A stretch of DNA of 64,000 nucleotides from Acetobacteraceae bacterium (GTDB taxonomy: Bacteria > Pseudomonadota > Alphaproteobacteria > Acetobacterales > Acetobacteraceae). Of the stretch, positions 47,500 to 59,444 are shown piece after piece. Under the pieces are notes generated by a model that worked only from the letters and a program-made list of their open reading frames with translations, was not told the origin of the DNA and did not search any database. The stretch covers positions 3,020,391 to 3,084,390 of the forward strand of contig OZ255629.1 in the NCBI GenBank assembly GCA_965276785.1, in the 5' to 3' direction. Position 1 is the first letter of the stretch; each line of letters starts with the position of its first letter. The translations under genes were made by a program, and so were the position numbers.

Positions 47500-47766
47500 A
47501 TGGCACATAAGAAGGCAGGCGGCTCGTCGCGCAACGGCCGCGACACCGAGGGGCGGCGCCTTGGAGTGAAGAAGTTCGGTGGCGAGAGTGTGGTCGCGGG
47601 CAATATCATTATTCGCCAGCGGGGCACCAAGGTGAAGCCGGGGCTGAACGTCGGCGTCGGCAAGGACCATACCCTTTTCGCGCTGAAGAATGGCCAGGTG
47701 GTGTTCTCCCGCCGGGCAGAAGGGCGCGTGCACGTCTCGGTGGCGGTTCCCGCCGCAGCGGAATAG
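47500..47766 (+). CDS. rpmA: 50S ribosomal protein L27
   Basis: [29 protein letters not shown]...IIRQRGTK. Confidence 0.96.
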   Translation: MAHKKAGGSSRNGRDTEGRRLGVKKFGGESVVAGNIIIRQRGTKVKPGLNVGVGKDHTLFALKNGQVVFSRRAEGRVHVSVAVPAAAE

Positions 47767-47793
47767 CTTCTCCATCGCCGTTGCGATGAGGCA

Positions 47794-49961
<2,168 letters not shown>

Positions 49962-50017
49962 ACCGATTGCTCTGCAACGAACCGGCCGGCGCGGCGCTGA
50001 ATCGGGTGGAGGCTCAC

Positions 50018-50608
50018 ATGTCGGACACGATTTTGGTGCTGTATGGTTCCTACCGCTCCGATCGCCAAGGCATCCGGCTGGCGGAGTTCATTGTCGCCGG
50101 ATTGCGGTCACGGGGAGCCAATCCAGAATTGATCGACGCTCAAGCGGTTGGCTTGCCAATGCTCGACCGGATGTACAAGGAGTTTCCCGAAGGCACGGCG
50201 CCCGCGGCCATGGCTGATCTTGCCGGCAAGATCGCCGCCGCCGATGCGTTTGTGTTTGTCACAGGGGAGTACAACTGGAGCGTGCAGCCTGGGCTTAAGA
50301 ACCTCACCGACCACTATCTGGAGCAATGGTATTGGCGCCCGGCCGCGATCGCGAGCTACTCGGGCGGCCGCACCGGCGGGGTCCGCTCCGCACTGGCCTG
50401 GCGCGGCATTGTATCGGAGATGGGCATGGTGGCAATTTCGAGCACGCTTTCGGTGAGTTCCATCGGCCAAGCGCTGGGGTCTAGCGGCGAGCCGATGGGA
50501 GAGGGAGGCGCCGCCTTGCAACGCTCTTTCCCGCGGTTTGCCGATGACCTTGCCTGGTGGACCGAAGCGGCGCGAGCACAGCGGACGCGCAAGGCACCGC
50601 CCTATTGA
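50018..50608 (+). CDS. NAD(P)H-dependent FMN reductase family oxidoreductase
   Basis: MSDTILVLYGSYRSDRQGIRLAEFIV...FVFVTGEYNWSVQPGLKN is a flavodoxin-like FMN_red pattern. Confidence 0.8.
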   Translation: MSDTILVLYGSYRSDRQGIRLAEFIVAGLRSRGANPELIDAQAVGLPMLDRMYKEFPEGTAPAAMADLAGKIAAADAFVFVTGEYNWSVQPGLKNLTDHYLEQWYWRPAAIASYSGGRTGGVRSALAWRGIVSEMGMVAISSTLSVSSIGQALGSSGEPMGEGGAALQRSFPRFADDLAWWTEAARAQRTRKAPPY

Positions 50609-50616
50609 GCGCCCCG

Positions 50617-51096
50617 ATGGGATTTCTGTTCGGCCTCCTCGCGGGCGCGCGGACGTTCACACCGATGGCGATCGTGGCCCTGGCGTCACGCAAGGGACCG
50701 TCACCGCGCCAAAGGAAATGGGTAGGCAGTTCGCCCACGCTGGCCATTCTCACCGCCTTGGCCGCGGGCGAGTTGGTTGGAGACAAGCTGCCACGGATCG
50801 GCAGCCGCACATCGCCGCCCCAATTCGCCGCGCGGCTGGCGAGTGGTGGCTTATGTGCGGCAGCCCTGGCCCAGCCGGGCCAAAGACGGTCCAGCGTGGC
50901 GGCAGGCATGGCTGGTGCCGTGTTCGGCACCGTCGCAAGCGCGGCCGCGCGGTCCAGACTGGCCAAGCGTCTTGGCGCGGACCTGCCCGCGGCGTTGGCC
51001 GAGGATGTTGCCGTCCTCGCCGCCGCCGCGGTATTGCTCACTTTGGTTAGCTCTGGACTGGCATCTCCTGCTGCATTGCCTGTGCCACCGGAATAG
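50617..51096 (+). CDS. DUF4126-like membrane protein
   Basis: MGFLFGLLAGARTFTPMAIVAL...LAAGELVGDKLP. Hydrophobic helices. Confidence 0.6.
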   Translation: MGFLFGLLAGARTFTPMAIVALASRKGPSPRQRKWVGSSPTLAILTALAAGELVGDKLPRIGSRTSPPQFAARLASGGLCAAALAQPGQRRSSVAAGMAGAVFGTVASAAARSRLAKRLGADLPAALAEDVAVLAAAAVLLTLVSSGLASPAALPVPPE

Positions 51097-51206
51097 CAAG
51101 CTTCACCTTGTTGCCCACGAGCGAGGCGACCGTCTCGAGCTTCATGATGTGAGGCTGCCCATGAGCGGTCGGGCCACTCTTGGGTGGCGGCAAGCGCCGG
51201 GTTGCT

Positions 51207-52436
51207 TCACGAAAGCGAACGCCGGGCTGGGTCCGCGGGCACGGCGCGCCACGTCCAAGCCAAGCTGGCCAGCAGCATGGCGCCGGTGACCAGGAATACC
51301 CACGGCAACCCGAACGCTGCCGCGACTGCACCCCCGGCCAGCGGGCCAACCGAATTGCCCAGGAACGTCGCCGACGCACTCAGCCCCAGCACCGCGCCCC
51401 TCTGCCCAGGGGCGGCGCTGCGGGCGATCAGCGCGTTCGCGGTCGGCAGGATGCCCCCCACGAACAGGCCGACGCCGAAGCGTTCGGCCATGAACAGCCA
51501 ATAGCTATGGGCAAAGGCCTGCGGCAGGCTGAACAAGGCGGCGCCGAACAGGCAGATCAGCAGCACGCGGCGATACCCGAGCACGTCGCTGCGCTTGCCG
51601 AGAAATGGCGAGGACACGATGTCGCCCAACCCCGTGACGGAGAATGCCAAGCCGGCCAAGGTCGCCAGATTCGGCGCATTGCCGGCGATGGATTGGACAT
51701 ACAGCGTTATCACCGGCTGCACCGAGCGGACGCCGAGTTGCGCCAGCAACAGCACGACGAACAGCGGCAGCAATCCGGCCGCCATGAGGTTGCGCAAGCC
51801 TGAGAGGCGCGGCCCGCGCTGCTCCCGGCCCCGGTAGGCAGAGGCTTCCTCGCGGACCAGCACGGCCGCAGCGACCGTCACGGCGGCGGCGATGGCGCTG
51901 GTGACAAAGAACGGGGCCCGGACGCTGCCAAACCAATCGGCGACAACGCCTCCCAGGAGCGGCCCCATCAGCCCACCCACCAATTGTCCGGTGCTCAGCC
52001 AGCCCAAAGCGTAGCCCATCCGGTCGTCGCGGGTCTGGCCGCTGACCAGCGTGATGGCGCTGGCCGAGAACCCGGAAAAGGCGCCCATCACCATGCGCAA
52101 GATAAAGAATTGCCAAACAGTCTGGGACAGCCCCATCAGCCCGGTAAACACGCTGATCGCCAGCATGGAGCGCAGCAGCATCAGCTTGCGGCCCTGCCGG
52201 TCCCCCAACCGGCCCCATAGCGGCGAGGCGAAGGCGGCAACAAACGGGGTTGCGGCGTTCAGCACGCCGGTCCACAGGTCGATTGCCGCACGCCCGTGGA
52301 CGCCGAGTTGCGGCAAGAACAGCGGCATGACCGGGCTGAGCACGGTAAACGCGGCGGTCATGAAAAACTGGATCGCCACCATGACCCAGAGCATCCGTGT
52401 CTCCCCCGAGATTGGGGCCGCGGCGTCATCGGTCAT
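51207..52436 (-). CDS. MFS transporter
   Basis: About 12 hydrophobic segments, with an MFS loop motif GRLGDRQGRKLML. Confidence 0.85.
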   Translation of the reverse strand: MTDDAAAPISGETRMLWVMVAIQFFMTAAFTVLSPVMPLFLPQLGVHGRAAIDLWTGVLNAATPFVAAFASPLWGRLGDRQGRKLMLLRSMLAISVFTGLMGLSQTVWQFFILRMVMGAFSGFSASAITLVSGQTRDDRMGYALGWLSTGQLVGGLMGPLLGGVVADWFGSVRAPFFVTSAIAAAVTVAAAVLVREEASAYRGREQRGPRLSGLRNLMAAGLLPLFVVLLLAQLGVRSVQPVITLYVQSIAGNAPNLATLAGLAFSVTGLGDIVSSPFLGKRSDVLGYRRVLLICLFGAALFSLPQAFAHSYWLFMAERFGVGLFVGGILPTANALIARSAAPGQRGAVLGLSASATFLGNSVGPLAGGAVAAAFGLPWVFLVTGAMLLASLAWTWRAVPADPARRSLS

Positions 52437-53182
52437 CCGGAGCGGTGATCCTCTTTAACCGTGGTGCGGACCCATTCCGGCACAATTTCGGACGCAACGC
52501 CGTACTGCCGCTGATCGAACGCATCGGCGTTTTCGGACGGTTCGAGGTTGAGTTCGCAGGTCGTGGCACCGGCTGCGCGCGCCTGTTGCACAAAACCAGC
52601 CGCCGGATGGACCAAGCCCGAGGTTCCGATGGCGACGAACAACTCAGCGCTGGCGAGTGCGGCCAGAATTTCAGCCATGCGCAGCGGCAGTTCGCCGAAC
52701 CATACCACGTGCGGCCGCAATGCAGGCGCCGCGCGGCAGGCTGGGCAGCGGTCACTTGTGCCGAGATCGTCCCGCCACGGGACGATCGCGTCGCAACGGG
52801 TGCAGCGGGCCTTGAGCAACTCGCCATGCATATGGAGCACCGGGGCGGACCCGGCCTGTTCGTGCAAGTCGTCGATATTCTGGGTGACGAGGACGAGTTC
52901 GTCGCCAACAGCGCGAAGGCGGTCCGCGAGTTGGGCCAAGGCAGCGTGCGCCGCATTGGGCCGCGCGGTCAGAAGCCCGCGGCGGCGCGCATTGTAGAAG
53001 GCCTGCACGGTCGCGGGGTCGCGCGCGAAGGCTTCGGGCGTGGCCAGGCGCCTTGCGTCGAAGCGCTGCCAGAGCCCGCCGCTGTCGCGGAATGTGCCCA
53101 GGCCGCTCTCGGCGGAGACCCCGGCCCCGGTCAATACGACGATCTTCACAAAAGGGCTCGCGACATGGCCGAGGCAATACAC
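52433..53182 (-). CDS. cobB: NAD-dependent protein deacylase (Sir2/CobB family)
   Basis: KIVVLTGAGVSAESGLGTFRDSGGLW...NIDDLHE...zinc Cys pairs CTRC / CPAC. Start is either the GTG at 53182 or the GTG at 53149 (VKIVVL). Confidence 0.9.
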   Translation of the reverse strand: MYCLGHVASPFVKIVVLTGAGVSAESGLGTFRDSGGLWQRFDARRLATPEAFARDPATVQAFYNARRRGLLTARPNAAHAALAQLADRLRAVGDELVLVTQNIDDLHEQAGSAPVLHMHGELLKARCTRCDAIVPWRDDLGTSDRCPACRAAPALRPHVVWFGELPLRMAEILAALASAELFVAIGTSGLVHPAAGFVQQARAAGATTCELNLEPSENADAFDQRQYGVASEIVPEWVRTTVKEDHRSG

Positions 53183-53222
53183 CCGGCTTCGGCGAGGTGA
53201 AACCGGGCGGGCTAAACTGGGT

Positions 53223-54149
53223 CTAACCCGGCTGCGTCCTTTGATGCGCCAGCAGGGCCATCAGCCGCCGGTCGCGCCAGGCCTGACGGGCCGGCTGTTC
53301 GGCGGCAGGCAGCTCGGCACGGCGGGCGTCGTCAAGCTGCTTCACCATCACGTCGTCCCAGTGGCGCGGCGTCATTTCCTGCTGCAGCGTGGCATACAGG
53401 CCGCCATAGCGGGCACAGTAGTCGCTCAGCCCTCCAGGCGCGTTGAGGTCGATGGTTTCGAACGGACCCATGAACGACCACCGTAGCCCAAGCCCGTGCT
53501 TGACCGTGGCGTCCAGGTCGGCCGGCGACACCACCCCGTCCGCCACCAGGCGAAACGCCTCTGCGAGCAGCGCACCTTGCAGCCGGTTGAGCACGAAACC
53601 CGGCACTTCGCGGTGGATCGTGGCCGGGACTTGCCCAGCGGCAACCATAATCTCCCTCGCACGGGCCACGGTCTGCGCGCTTGTCCAGGGCGCAGGGCAT
53701 AGCTCCACCACAGGAACCAAGTACGGTGGATTGACCGGGTGCGCGACTAAGCATCGGCCGCGGCTGGGCAGGTCCTCGGTGAACTCGCTGCAGGGAATAC
53801 CGCTGGTCGAGCTGGCGAGGATCGCGTCCGCCGGCGCCTCCGCATCCAGCATGGCGAACAGCGCCCGTTTGTCCGCGACGCGTTCCGGCCCGTTTTCCTG
53901 CACGTAGTCAGCTATGTGCACGGCGGCGGCAAGGCTGCCGGCCGCCCTCACGCGAGCGAGCACCGTCTCCGGCGGGTCGGTCAGCAACCCGGCCTCGTGC
54001 AGTTCCTTCAGGCGGTCGGCAATCGTGCTCTTAGCCGCGTCTACCGTCCCGGGTGCCGGGTCCCACATTGCCACCTCGTTGCCAGCGCGGGCGAACACGA
54101 TGGCCCAGGCGCGCCCGATCAGTCCCGCGCCGATGACGGCGATCTGCAT
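53223..54149 (-). CDS. 3-hydroxyacyl-CoA dehydrogenase family protein (NAD-binding)
   Basis: MQIAVIGAGLIGRAWAIVFARAGNEVAMWD is a Rossmann GxGxxG fold, followed by a C-terminal 3HCDH-like region. Confidence 0.85.
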   Translation of the reverse strand: MQIAVIGAGLIGRAWAIVFARAGNEVAMWDPAPGTVDAAKSTIADRLKELHEAGLLTDPPETVLARVRAAGSLAAAVHIADYVQENGPERVADKRALFAMLDAEAPADAILASSTSGIPCSEFTEDLPSRGRCLVAHPVNPPYLVPVVELCPAPWTSAQTVARAREIMVAAGQVPATIHREVPGFVLNRLQGALLAEAFRLVADGVVSPADLDATVKHGLGLRWSFMGPFETIDLNAPGGLSDYCARYGGLYATLQQEMTPRHWDDVMVKQLDDARRAELPAAEQPARQAWRDRRLMALLAHQRTQPG

Positions 54150-54188
54150 GGCTTGTGTCCTCCTGCTGCAACCGGCTGACTGATCGCA

Positions 54189-54920
54189 TCACGCCCGGCT
54201 GTCTTGCTGATGCGCTTTCACCATGTCTGCCAGGCTCGGGAAACGGAAGTCCCACTGGGAGCCATTGGGCACCGGCATGGTGGCGCCCCCGCCGGACGCG
54301 CCTGCCCGGCGATCAATCCAGGCAGTGCGCAAGCCAATCTGCTGCGCCGGCACGTGGTCGTGAAACAGGCTCTGCGCAGTGTGCAGGATGCTGGCTGGGG
54401 CCGTGCCGTGCTCGTCGAGACGGGCAAGCAAGTAGCGGAAATTGCTCGGATCCGGCTTGTAGCTGCCAATGTCCTGCGCCGTGTAGACTGCGTCAAACTC
54501 GACGCCAAGGCGTTCGTTGCTGGCGGCAAAGCTCGCTCGATCGACGTTGGACAGAATCACGAGCCGGTAGGACGTCTTGAAATACTGCAGGCTTGCCGCG
54601 GAATCGGCAAAAGCGGGCCAGTCCGGCACCGAGGCGCCGAACCGGTGGTGATCGGCTTGCGTCATCCCCACTCCGAGCCGCTTGGCCATCTGGCGATGCA
54701 CCTCCGCCAGTATGTCCGGATAGAGCATGCCCGGCATGCGCCTTTGCTGCTCCGACTCCTGGCTGGCAAACAGGGCGAGTACTGCCTCGCGGGGGAGCGG
54801 CGAGCCCGTCGCGGCGAGCAGCGGCTGCAGCGCCGCCATGATGCCGCTCTCCCAATCAATCAGAGTGCCGTAGCAGTCAAAGGTGAGCGTGGTGAATTCG
54901 GTCAGCCGGCTCGGAGCCAT
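54189..54920 (-). CDS. Haloacid dehalogenase type II / HAD-superfamily hydrolase
   Basis: LTFDCYGTLIDWESG (DxYGT nucleophile motif), ...ILSNVD..., ...SYKPD... Confidence 0.85.
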   Translation of the reverse strand: MAPSRLTEFTTLTFDCYGTLIDWESGIMAALQPLLAATGSPLPREAVLALFASQESEQQRRMPGMLYPDILAEVHRQMAKRLGVGMTQADHHRFGASVPDWPAFADSAASLQYFKTSYRLVILSNVDRASFAASNERLGVEFDAVYTAQDIGSYKPDPSNFRYLLARLDEHGTAPASILHTAQSLFHDHVPAQQIGLRTAWIDRRAGASGGGATMPVPNGSQWDFRFPSLADMVKAHQQDSRA

Positions 54921-55078
54921 GTTGCTTGCACCTTTGTTTAGAAGCTCCAGTCCCCAAACCTTGCATCTCAGCCATCTGTCCGAGTTTTCACACGTGCGAC
55001 AGGGCAACGTTCGGCGGCGCCATTAGGTTGGTTGCAAAGATGCTCGCCGCATCCCCGCGTATTGGAAAGGATCAAATC

Positions 55079-56575
55079 ATGCAGTCCACACAATTGTTGC
55101 TGCGCCGCCGTGCCAGGCAAGGGCTCGCGGTGCTCTTCTTGGCCGGCACTGCACTCGGCGGCTACGCGGTGGCCGATTACGGGCATGCACAAACGGCGCC
55201 CGCGACCACGTCGGCCACCCAGCAGCCCTCTGGCGCGATCCAGCCCACCGCCACGCCGCATCTCATCCCGGATTTCTCCGACTTAGTCACCCAGGTCCGG
55301 CCAGCGGTGGTCTCCATCACCACCAAGCTGCGCCCGGATCAGGACACCGCTGAGGACATTCCAATGTTGCCGGGCTTCGGCCACCCAGGCGGCGACGAGC
55401 GCGGCCAGGCGGTCGAGGCGCGCGGCTCGGGCTTCATCATTGATGCCAACGGCACCATTGTCACCAACAACCATGTCATCCGCAACGCACGATCGGTCAG
55501 CGTCACGCTCGATGACGGCACCACGCTGCCCGCCAAGATTGTGGGCCATGACCGTGGCACCGACCTCGCCGTGCTGAAAGTGGATGCCGGGCATTCCCTG
55601 CCCTTCATCCAGTTGGGCGACTCGAACGACGTCAAGCCCGGCCAATGGGTGGTCGCCATGGGCAACCCGTTCGGCCTCGGCGGCAGCGTCACGGCAGGCA
55701 TCGTCTCCGCCAGTGGGCGCGACATCGGCTCCGGCCCCTACGATTCGTTCATCCAGGTGGATGCGCCGATCAACCAGGGCAACTCGGGCGGCCCGCTGTT
55801 CACCCAGGACGGCAAAGTGGTGGGCGTGAACACAGCCATCCTGTCGCCGAGCGGCGGTAGCGTCGGGATCGGTTTTGCCATCCCCTCCGACACGGTTCGA
55901 ACCATCGTGGCGGACTTGGAGAAGAACGGCCATGTCACCCGCGGCTACCTCGGCGTGCAGGCGCAGGCGATCAGCGGGCCCATGCGCGCCGCCCTGCACC
56001 TGCCGAAGCGCGGCGGTGCGCTGGTCGCTAGCGTGGAGCCGGATAGCCCGGCGTCCCGCGCGGGGTTGCAGCCGGGCGATGTGATCGAGCAGGTCAATGG
56101 CAAGAAGGTCGGTGATCCCCGCGAGTTGGCGGTGGACGTGGCCGCGGTGCAACCCGGCGGTGACGCAAAGCTGACTTTGATGCGCAATGGCGACAGCAAG
56201 GACGTGCAGGTCGCAGTTGCCTCGCTGCCGGCCGACAATGAGAACGCGACGTCGCCGAACCAGCAGAAAGGCATTGGACTGGCTCTGGCGCCGCTAACGC
56301 CGGACATGCGCTCGCAACTGAACCTGCCGGATCAAACCAGAGGTGCGGTGATTGCGCAGGTGCGGCCGGGATCTCCCGCCGAGCAGGCTGGCTTGCAGCA
56401 GGGCGATGTCGTGATGGGTGTAGGCGATAAGTCCGTGTCGACGCCGTCTGAGGCGGTGTCCGCGATCCGCCAGGCGACTTCCGGCGGCAAGGCAGCGGCG
56501 CTGCGGATCATGCGCGACGGCGAGGCGGCGTTCGTGGCCGTCTCCCCCTCTGCGGCCGTGCCTGACCAAGGCTGA
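55079..56575 (+). CDS. Periplasmic serine endoprotease DegP/HtrA family (trypsin domain plus two PDZ domains)
   Basis: A signal/anchor segment; GSGFIID, HDRGTDLAVLK, GNSGGPLF (catalytic triad context); two PDZ-like regions (GDVIEQVNGK, GDVVMGVGDK). Confidence 0.92.
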   Translation: MQSTQLLLRRRARQGLAVLFLAGTALGGYAVADYGHAQTAPATTSATQQPSGAIQPTATPHLIPDFSDLVTQVRPAVVSITTKLRPDQDTAEDIPMLPGFGHPGGDERGQAVEARGSGFIIDANGTIVTNNHVIRNARSVSVTLDDGTTLPAKIVGHDRGTDLAVLKVDAGHSLPFIQLGDSNDVKPGQWVVAMGNPFGLGGSVTAGIVSASGRDIGSGPYDSFIQVDAPINQGNSGGPLFTQDGKVVGVNTAILSPSGGSVGIGFAIPSDTVRTIVADLEKNGHVTRGYLGVQAQAISGPMRAALHLPKRGGALVASVEPDSPASRAGLQPGDVIEQVNGKKVGDPRELAVDVAAVQPGGDAKLTLMRNGDSKDVQVAVASLPADNENATSPNQQKGIGLALAPLTPDMRSQLNLPDQTRGAVIAQVRPGSPAEQAGLQQGDVVMGVGDKSVSTPSEAVSAIRQATSGGKAAALRIMRDGEAAFVAVSPSAAVPDQG

Positions 56576-56614
56576 TCAAGCGGGGGCTGATCAAGCGGGG
56601 GCTGATCAAGCGGG
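56571..56614. repeat. Tandem repeat GCTGATCAAGCGGGG, about three copies
   Basis: Copies at 56571-85, 56586-600 and 56601-14. The degP stop codon lies in the first copy. Confidence 0.95.
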
Positions 56615-56615
56615 T

Positions 56616-56656
56616 CCGTCCGGTGGCGTTGGAGGAGTGCTAATGCCACCGGACGG
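56616..56656. terminator. Hairpin (12-bp perfect stem) between the convergent degP and ctrA genes. Probable bidirectional terminator.
   Basis: CCGTCCGGTGGC (56616-27) pairs with GCCACCGGACGG (56645-56), with a 17-nt loop. There is no clear U-tract. Confidence 0.5.
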
Positions 56657-56668
56657 GTGCGGTAAGGG

Positions 56669-57418
56669 CTAGGCGGCGGAAAGCGCATGCTGCCGAACCT
56701 CGGGCGCGTCCAGCAGGGGCGCGCTGCCGGCAAACGGCTTCTCCGCCGACGGGTCGCGCATCATGTAGCCACGGCCCCAGACGGTGCCGATCAAGTTGCC
56801 GGCGCCAGCAATGGCGAGCTTCTTGCGCAGCTTGCAGATGAAAACATCGATGATCTTCATCTCTGGTTCATCCATGCCGCCGTAAAGGTGGTTCAGGAAC
56901 GCCTCCTTGGTGAGCACCATGCCTTTGCGCAGGACCAGGAGTTCAAGAATGGAGTACTCCTTGCCGGTTAGATGCACCTGCGCGCCGGCCACCAAAACTT
57001 CGCGGCTGTCGAGGTTCAACTGAAGCGTGCCGACGCGCAAGGTGGGCTGGCTGTAGCCCTTGCTCCGGCGCACCACCGCTTGCATCCGGGCCACCAGCTC
57101 GGCCTTGTCGAACGGCTTGGAAATGAAGTCGTCGGCGCCCATGCCGAAGCCCTTTACCTTGGCAGCGGGGCGAGACAGGCCGGAAAGGATCAGCACCGGG
57201 GTTTCCAGCCGCGCGGCGCGCATCCGGCGCACAACCTCATAGCCTTCCATGTCCGGCAGCATCAGGTCGAGAATGACGACGTCGTAGTCGTAGTGGCGCA
57301 CGAGTTCGAGGGCTTCCTCGCCCGTGTCGGTGGTGTCGACGATCAAGCCACCGGATTTCAGCATGAGGGCGATGCCGCGGGCGGCGATCAGATCATCCTC
57401 GACGAGAAGAACACGCAT
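56669..57418 (-). CDS. ctrA: Cell-cycle response regulator CtrA (OmpR family)
   Basis: MRVLLVEDD...[14 protein letters not shown]...R.....TPVLILSG...[11 protein letters not shown]...KPF...EL.AR...V.RR...[45 protein letters not shown]. The match to CtrA runs across the whole length. Confidence 0.9.
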   Translation of the reverse strand: MRVLLVEDDLIAARGIALMLKSGGLIVDTTDTGEEALELVRHYDYDVVILDLMLPDMEGYEVVRRMRAARLETPVLILSGLSRPAAKVKGFGMGADDFISKPFDKAELVARMQAVVRRSKGYSQPTLRVGTLQLNLDSREVLVAGAQVHLTGKEYSILELLVLRKGMVLTKEAFLNHLYGGMDEPEMKIIDVFICKLRKKLAIAGAGNLIGTVWGRGYMMRDPSAEKPFAGSAPLLDAPEVRQHALSAA

Positions 57419-57583
57419 CGGTTGCACTCCTGGTTACCAACGTGTTCATGTCTACCACTCATACGTGTGTATGGCTACAGAAAATTCATCTTTAGCGTGT
57501 AAAAATCGAGCGAAGGTTGAAGTCGGCTCAAGAGGATGTCTGAACTGTGAAGATTGCGACACTTATTGTGAATAGTCTCTAAA

Positions 57584-58969
57584 TTGCATCAAAACTCCTT
57601 GCTGGCGCGCTTGGCGCAGGCGGAAGCGGCGTTGTCACGCGTCAACGCGGCCGAAGTCGCAGGCCGGGTTGCCAACATTTCCGGCCTATCTGTCGATGTC
57701 GCCGGGCTCGCCCCGTTGCTGAGCGTGGGCGACCGAATGGTGCTTGCGACCCGGCAGGGTGCGAGCGTTCCGGCCGAGGTAGTGGGGTTCGCCGGGCAAT
57801 CCGCACGTGCCATGGCGTTTGCAGCACTCGACGGAATCGGTCCCGGCAGCCCAGCGCGGATGCCGCTGCGGCTCGGCGATCGCCGGATCGGCAATCGCGC
57901 CACCCTGTCCCCGTGCGATGCTTGGCTTGGCCGGGTGATCGATCCGGTCGGGACCCCGCTCGATGGGCTTGGCGCCTTACCCCGGGGAGAACTGGCGCGC
58001 TCCGTGCGGGTCGGGCCGCCCGATGCGGCCAGGCGGGCGCGCCTGGGCGAACGAATCGACCTCGGGGTGACGGCGCTGAACGCCTTCGCCACCTGCCGCG
58101 CCGGTCAGCGCTTGGGTCTGTTCGCCGGCTCCGGGGTGGGCAAATCCACCTTGCTCTCCATGCTGGCGCGCTACACCGCCTGCGACGTCGCGGTGCTGGC
58201 GCTGGTCGGCGAGCGCGGACGCGAGGTGCGCGAATTCCTCGAAGACGATCTCGGCCCCGAAGGCCTGGCGCGCTCCGTGGTCGTAACGGCGACGTCCGAC
58301 ACGCCGCCGCTGATGCGGCGAGAAGCTGCCTACGCCGCGATGACGGTGGCTGAGCATTTCCGCGACCAGGGCAAATCCGTGCTGCTGCTGATGGACAGCG
58401 TGACGCGGTTCTGCCTGGCGTTGCGCGAGATCGGGCTCTCCGCCGGCGAGCCGCCGGCGACCCGCGGTTATCCTCCCAGCGTGTTCGCCGAGCTGCCCCG
58501 GCTGCTGGAACGGGCCGGCCCCGGGCTGGAGCGGGAGGGCGGCGCCGGGCAAATTACCGCTTTCTTTACTGTTTTGGTGGAAGGTGATGACCATAATGAG
58601 CCGATCGCCGATGCGGTGCGCGGCATCCTGGATGGGCATGTCGTGATGGATCGGCGCATTGGCGAGGCCGGCCGATACCCAGCGATTGACGTGTTGCGCA
58701 GCTTATCGCGCACCGTGCCGGGATGCCTGCAGCCATCGGAGCGGGACTTGGTGCGCAAGGGCCGCGCCCTGCTCGCAACCTATGCCGAGATGGCGGATTT
58801 GGTGCGCCTTGGCGCTTACAAGCGCGGCGCGGACCCGGCAATTGACGAAGCAGTGGCGTTGGCGCCGCAAATCGAGCGCATGCTCAATCAAGGCCGCGAC
58901 GAGCCGAACACCCTGGCGGGCAGCTTCGCCGCGCTGGCGCAAGCGATGGAGCTGCCGGCCAATGTCTGA
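57584..58969 (+). CDS. fliI: Flagellum-specific ATPase FliI
   Basis: GQRLGLFAGSGVGKSTLL (Walker A), VLLLMDSVTRF (Walker B), an F1-ATPase-like fold pattern. The track start is TTG and the true start is uncertain. Confidence 0.92.
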   Translation: MHQNSLLARLAQAEAALSRVNAAEVAGRVANISGLSVDVAGLAPLLSVGDRMVLATRQGASVPAEVVGFAGQSARAMAFAALDGIGPGSPARMPLRLGDRRIGNRATLSPCDAWLGRVIDPVGTPLDGLGALPRGELARSVRVGPPDAARRARLGERIDLGVTALNAFATCRAGQRLGLFAGSGVGKSTLLSMLARYTACDVAVLALVGERGREVREFLEDDLGPEGLARSVVVTATSDTPPLMRREAAYAAMTVAEHFRDQGKSVLLLMDSVTRFCLALREIGLSAGEPPATRGYPPSVFAELPRLLERAGPGLEREGGAGQITAFFTVLVEGDDHNEPIADAVRGILDGHVVMDRRIGEAGRYPAIDVLRSLSRTVPGCLQPSERDLVRKGRALLATYAEMADLVRLGAYKRGADPAIDEAVALAPQIERMLNQGRDEPNTLAGSFAALAQAMELPANV

Positions 58970-59393
58970 CGCCCTACAAACCGTGATGCGCATCCGCAAG
59001 CTGGCGATGGACGAGGCCAAGCGCGCGCTGGCCGAAGCGCTGGGCACGGAAGACGCGGCACGCGTCGAAGCCGAAGCTGCCGAGGCGCAGATCGGCATCG
59101 AGGGCGAGATCGCCGCTGATCTGAATTCGGACGATGGCGCGGTGGAGGCGTTTGCCCGCTGGCTGCCGACCGGCCGAGCCATCGCGGTGCGGACGCGCGC
59201 TGTGCATGAGCAAACGTTGCTGGAGGTTGCGCGGGCGCGAGCCGGCTTGAGCGCGGCGCGGGCGGCGGCTGAAGCGGCTGAGGCGTTCAAGGAGCGGCGT
59301 GAGGCGGAGGCGGCGGTGGGGGCCGGGAGGCGCAGCCAGGCTGCCATGGATGAAATTGCCTTGCAGCAAGCAGCCCGGGCCCGCAAAGCTTGA
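58962..59393 (+). CDS. fliJ: Flagellar export chaperone FliJ-like coiled-coil protein
   Basis: The ATG overlaps the fliI stop (ATGTCTGA). 143 aa, Ala/Glu/Arg-rich coiled coil. The position after fliI is typical. Confidence 0.65.
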   Translation: MSDALQTVMRIRKLAMDEAKRALAEALGTEDAARVEAEAAEAQIGIEGEIAADLNSDDGAVEAFARWLPTGRAIAVRTRAVHEQTLLEVARARAGLSAARAAAEAAEAFKERREAEAAVGAGRRSQAAMDEIALQQAARARKA

Positions 59394-59444
59394 GGTCACA
59401 ACCCCGCCAACAGCACTGGTGAAACGCAACAGGGAGTTTCGGCC

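Noticed and set aside
56571-56614. A CRISPR array or minisatellite-encoded peptide (LDQPPLDQPPLDQP on the minus strand)
   Set aside because: The repeats are directly adjacent with no spacers, there are only three copies, and no cas genes are present. The minus-strand ORF 56332..56733 overlaps degP and the terminator hairpin and has no coding support.
57419-57583. CtrA boxes (TTAA-N7-TTAA) in the ctrA/fliI intergenic region
   Set aside because: I read the region base by base and found no TTAA tetranucleotide at all, only degenerate TTAC/TTCA elements.
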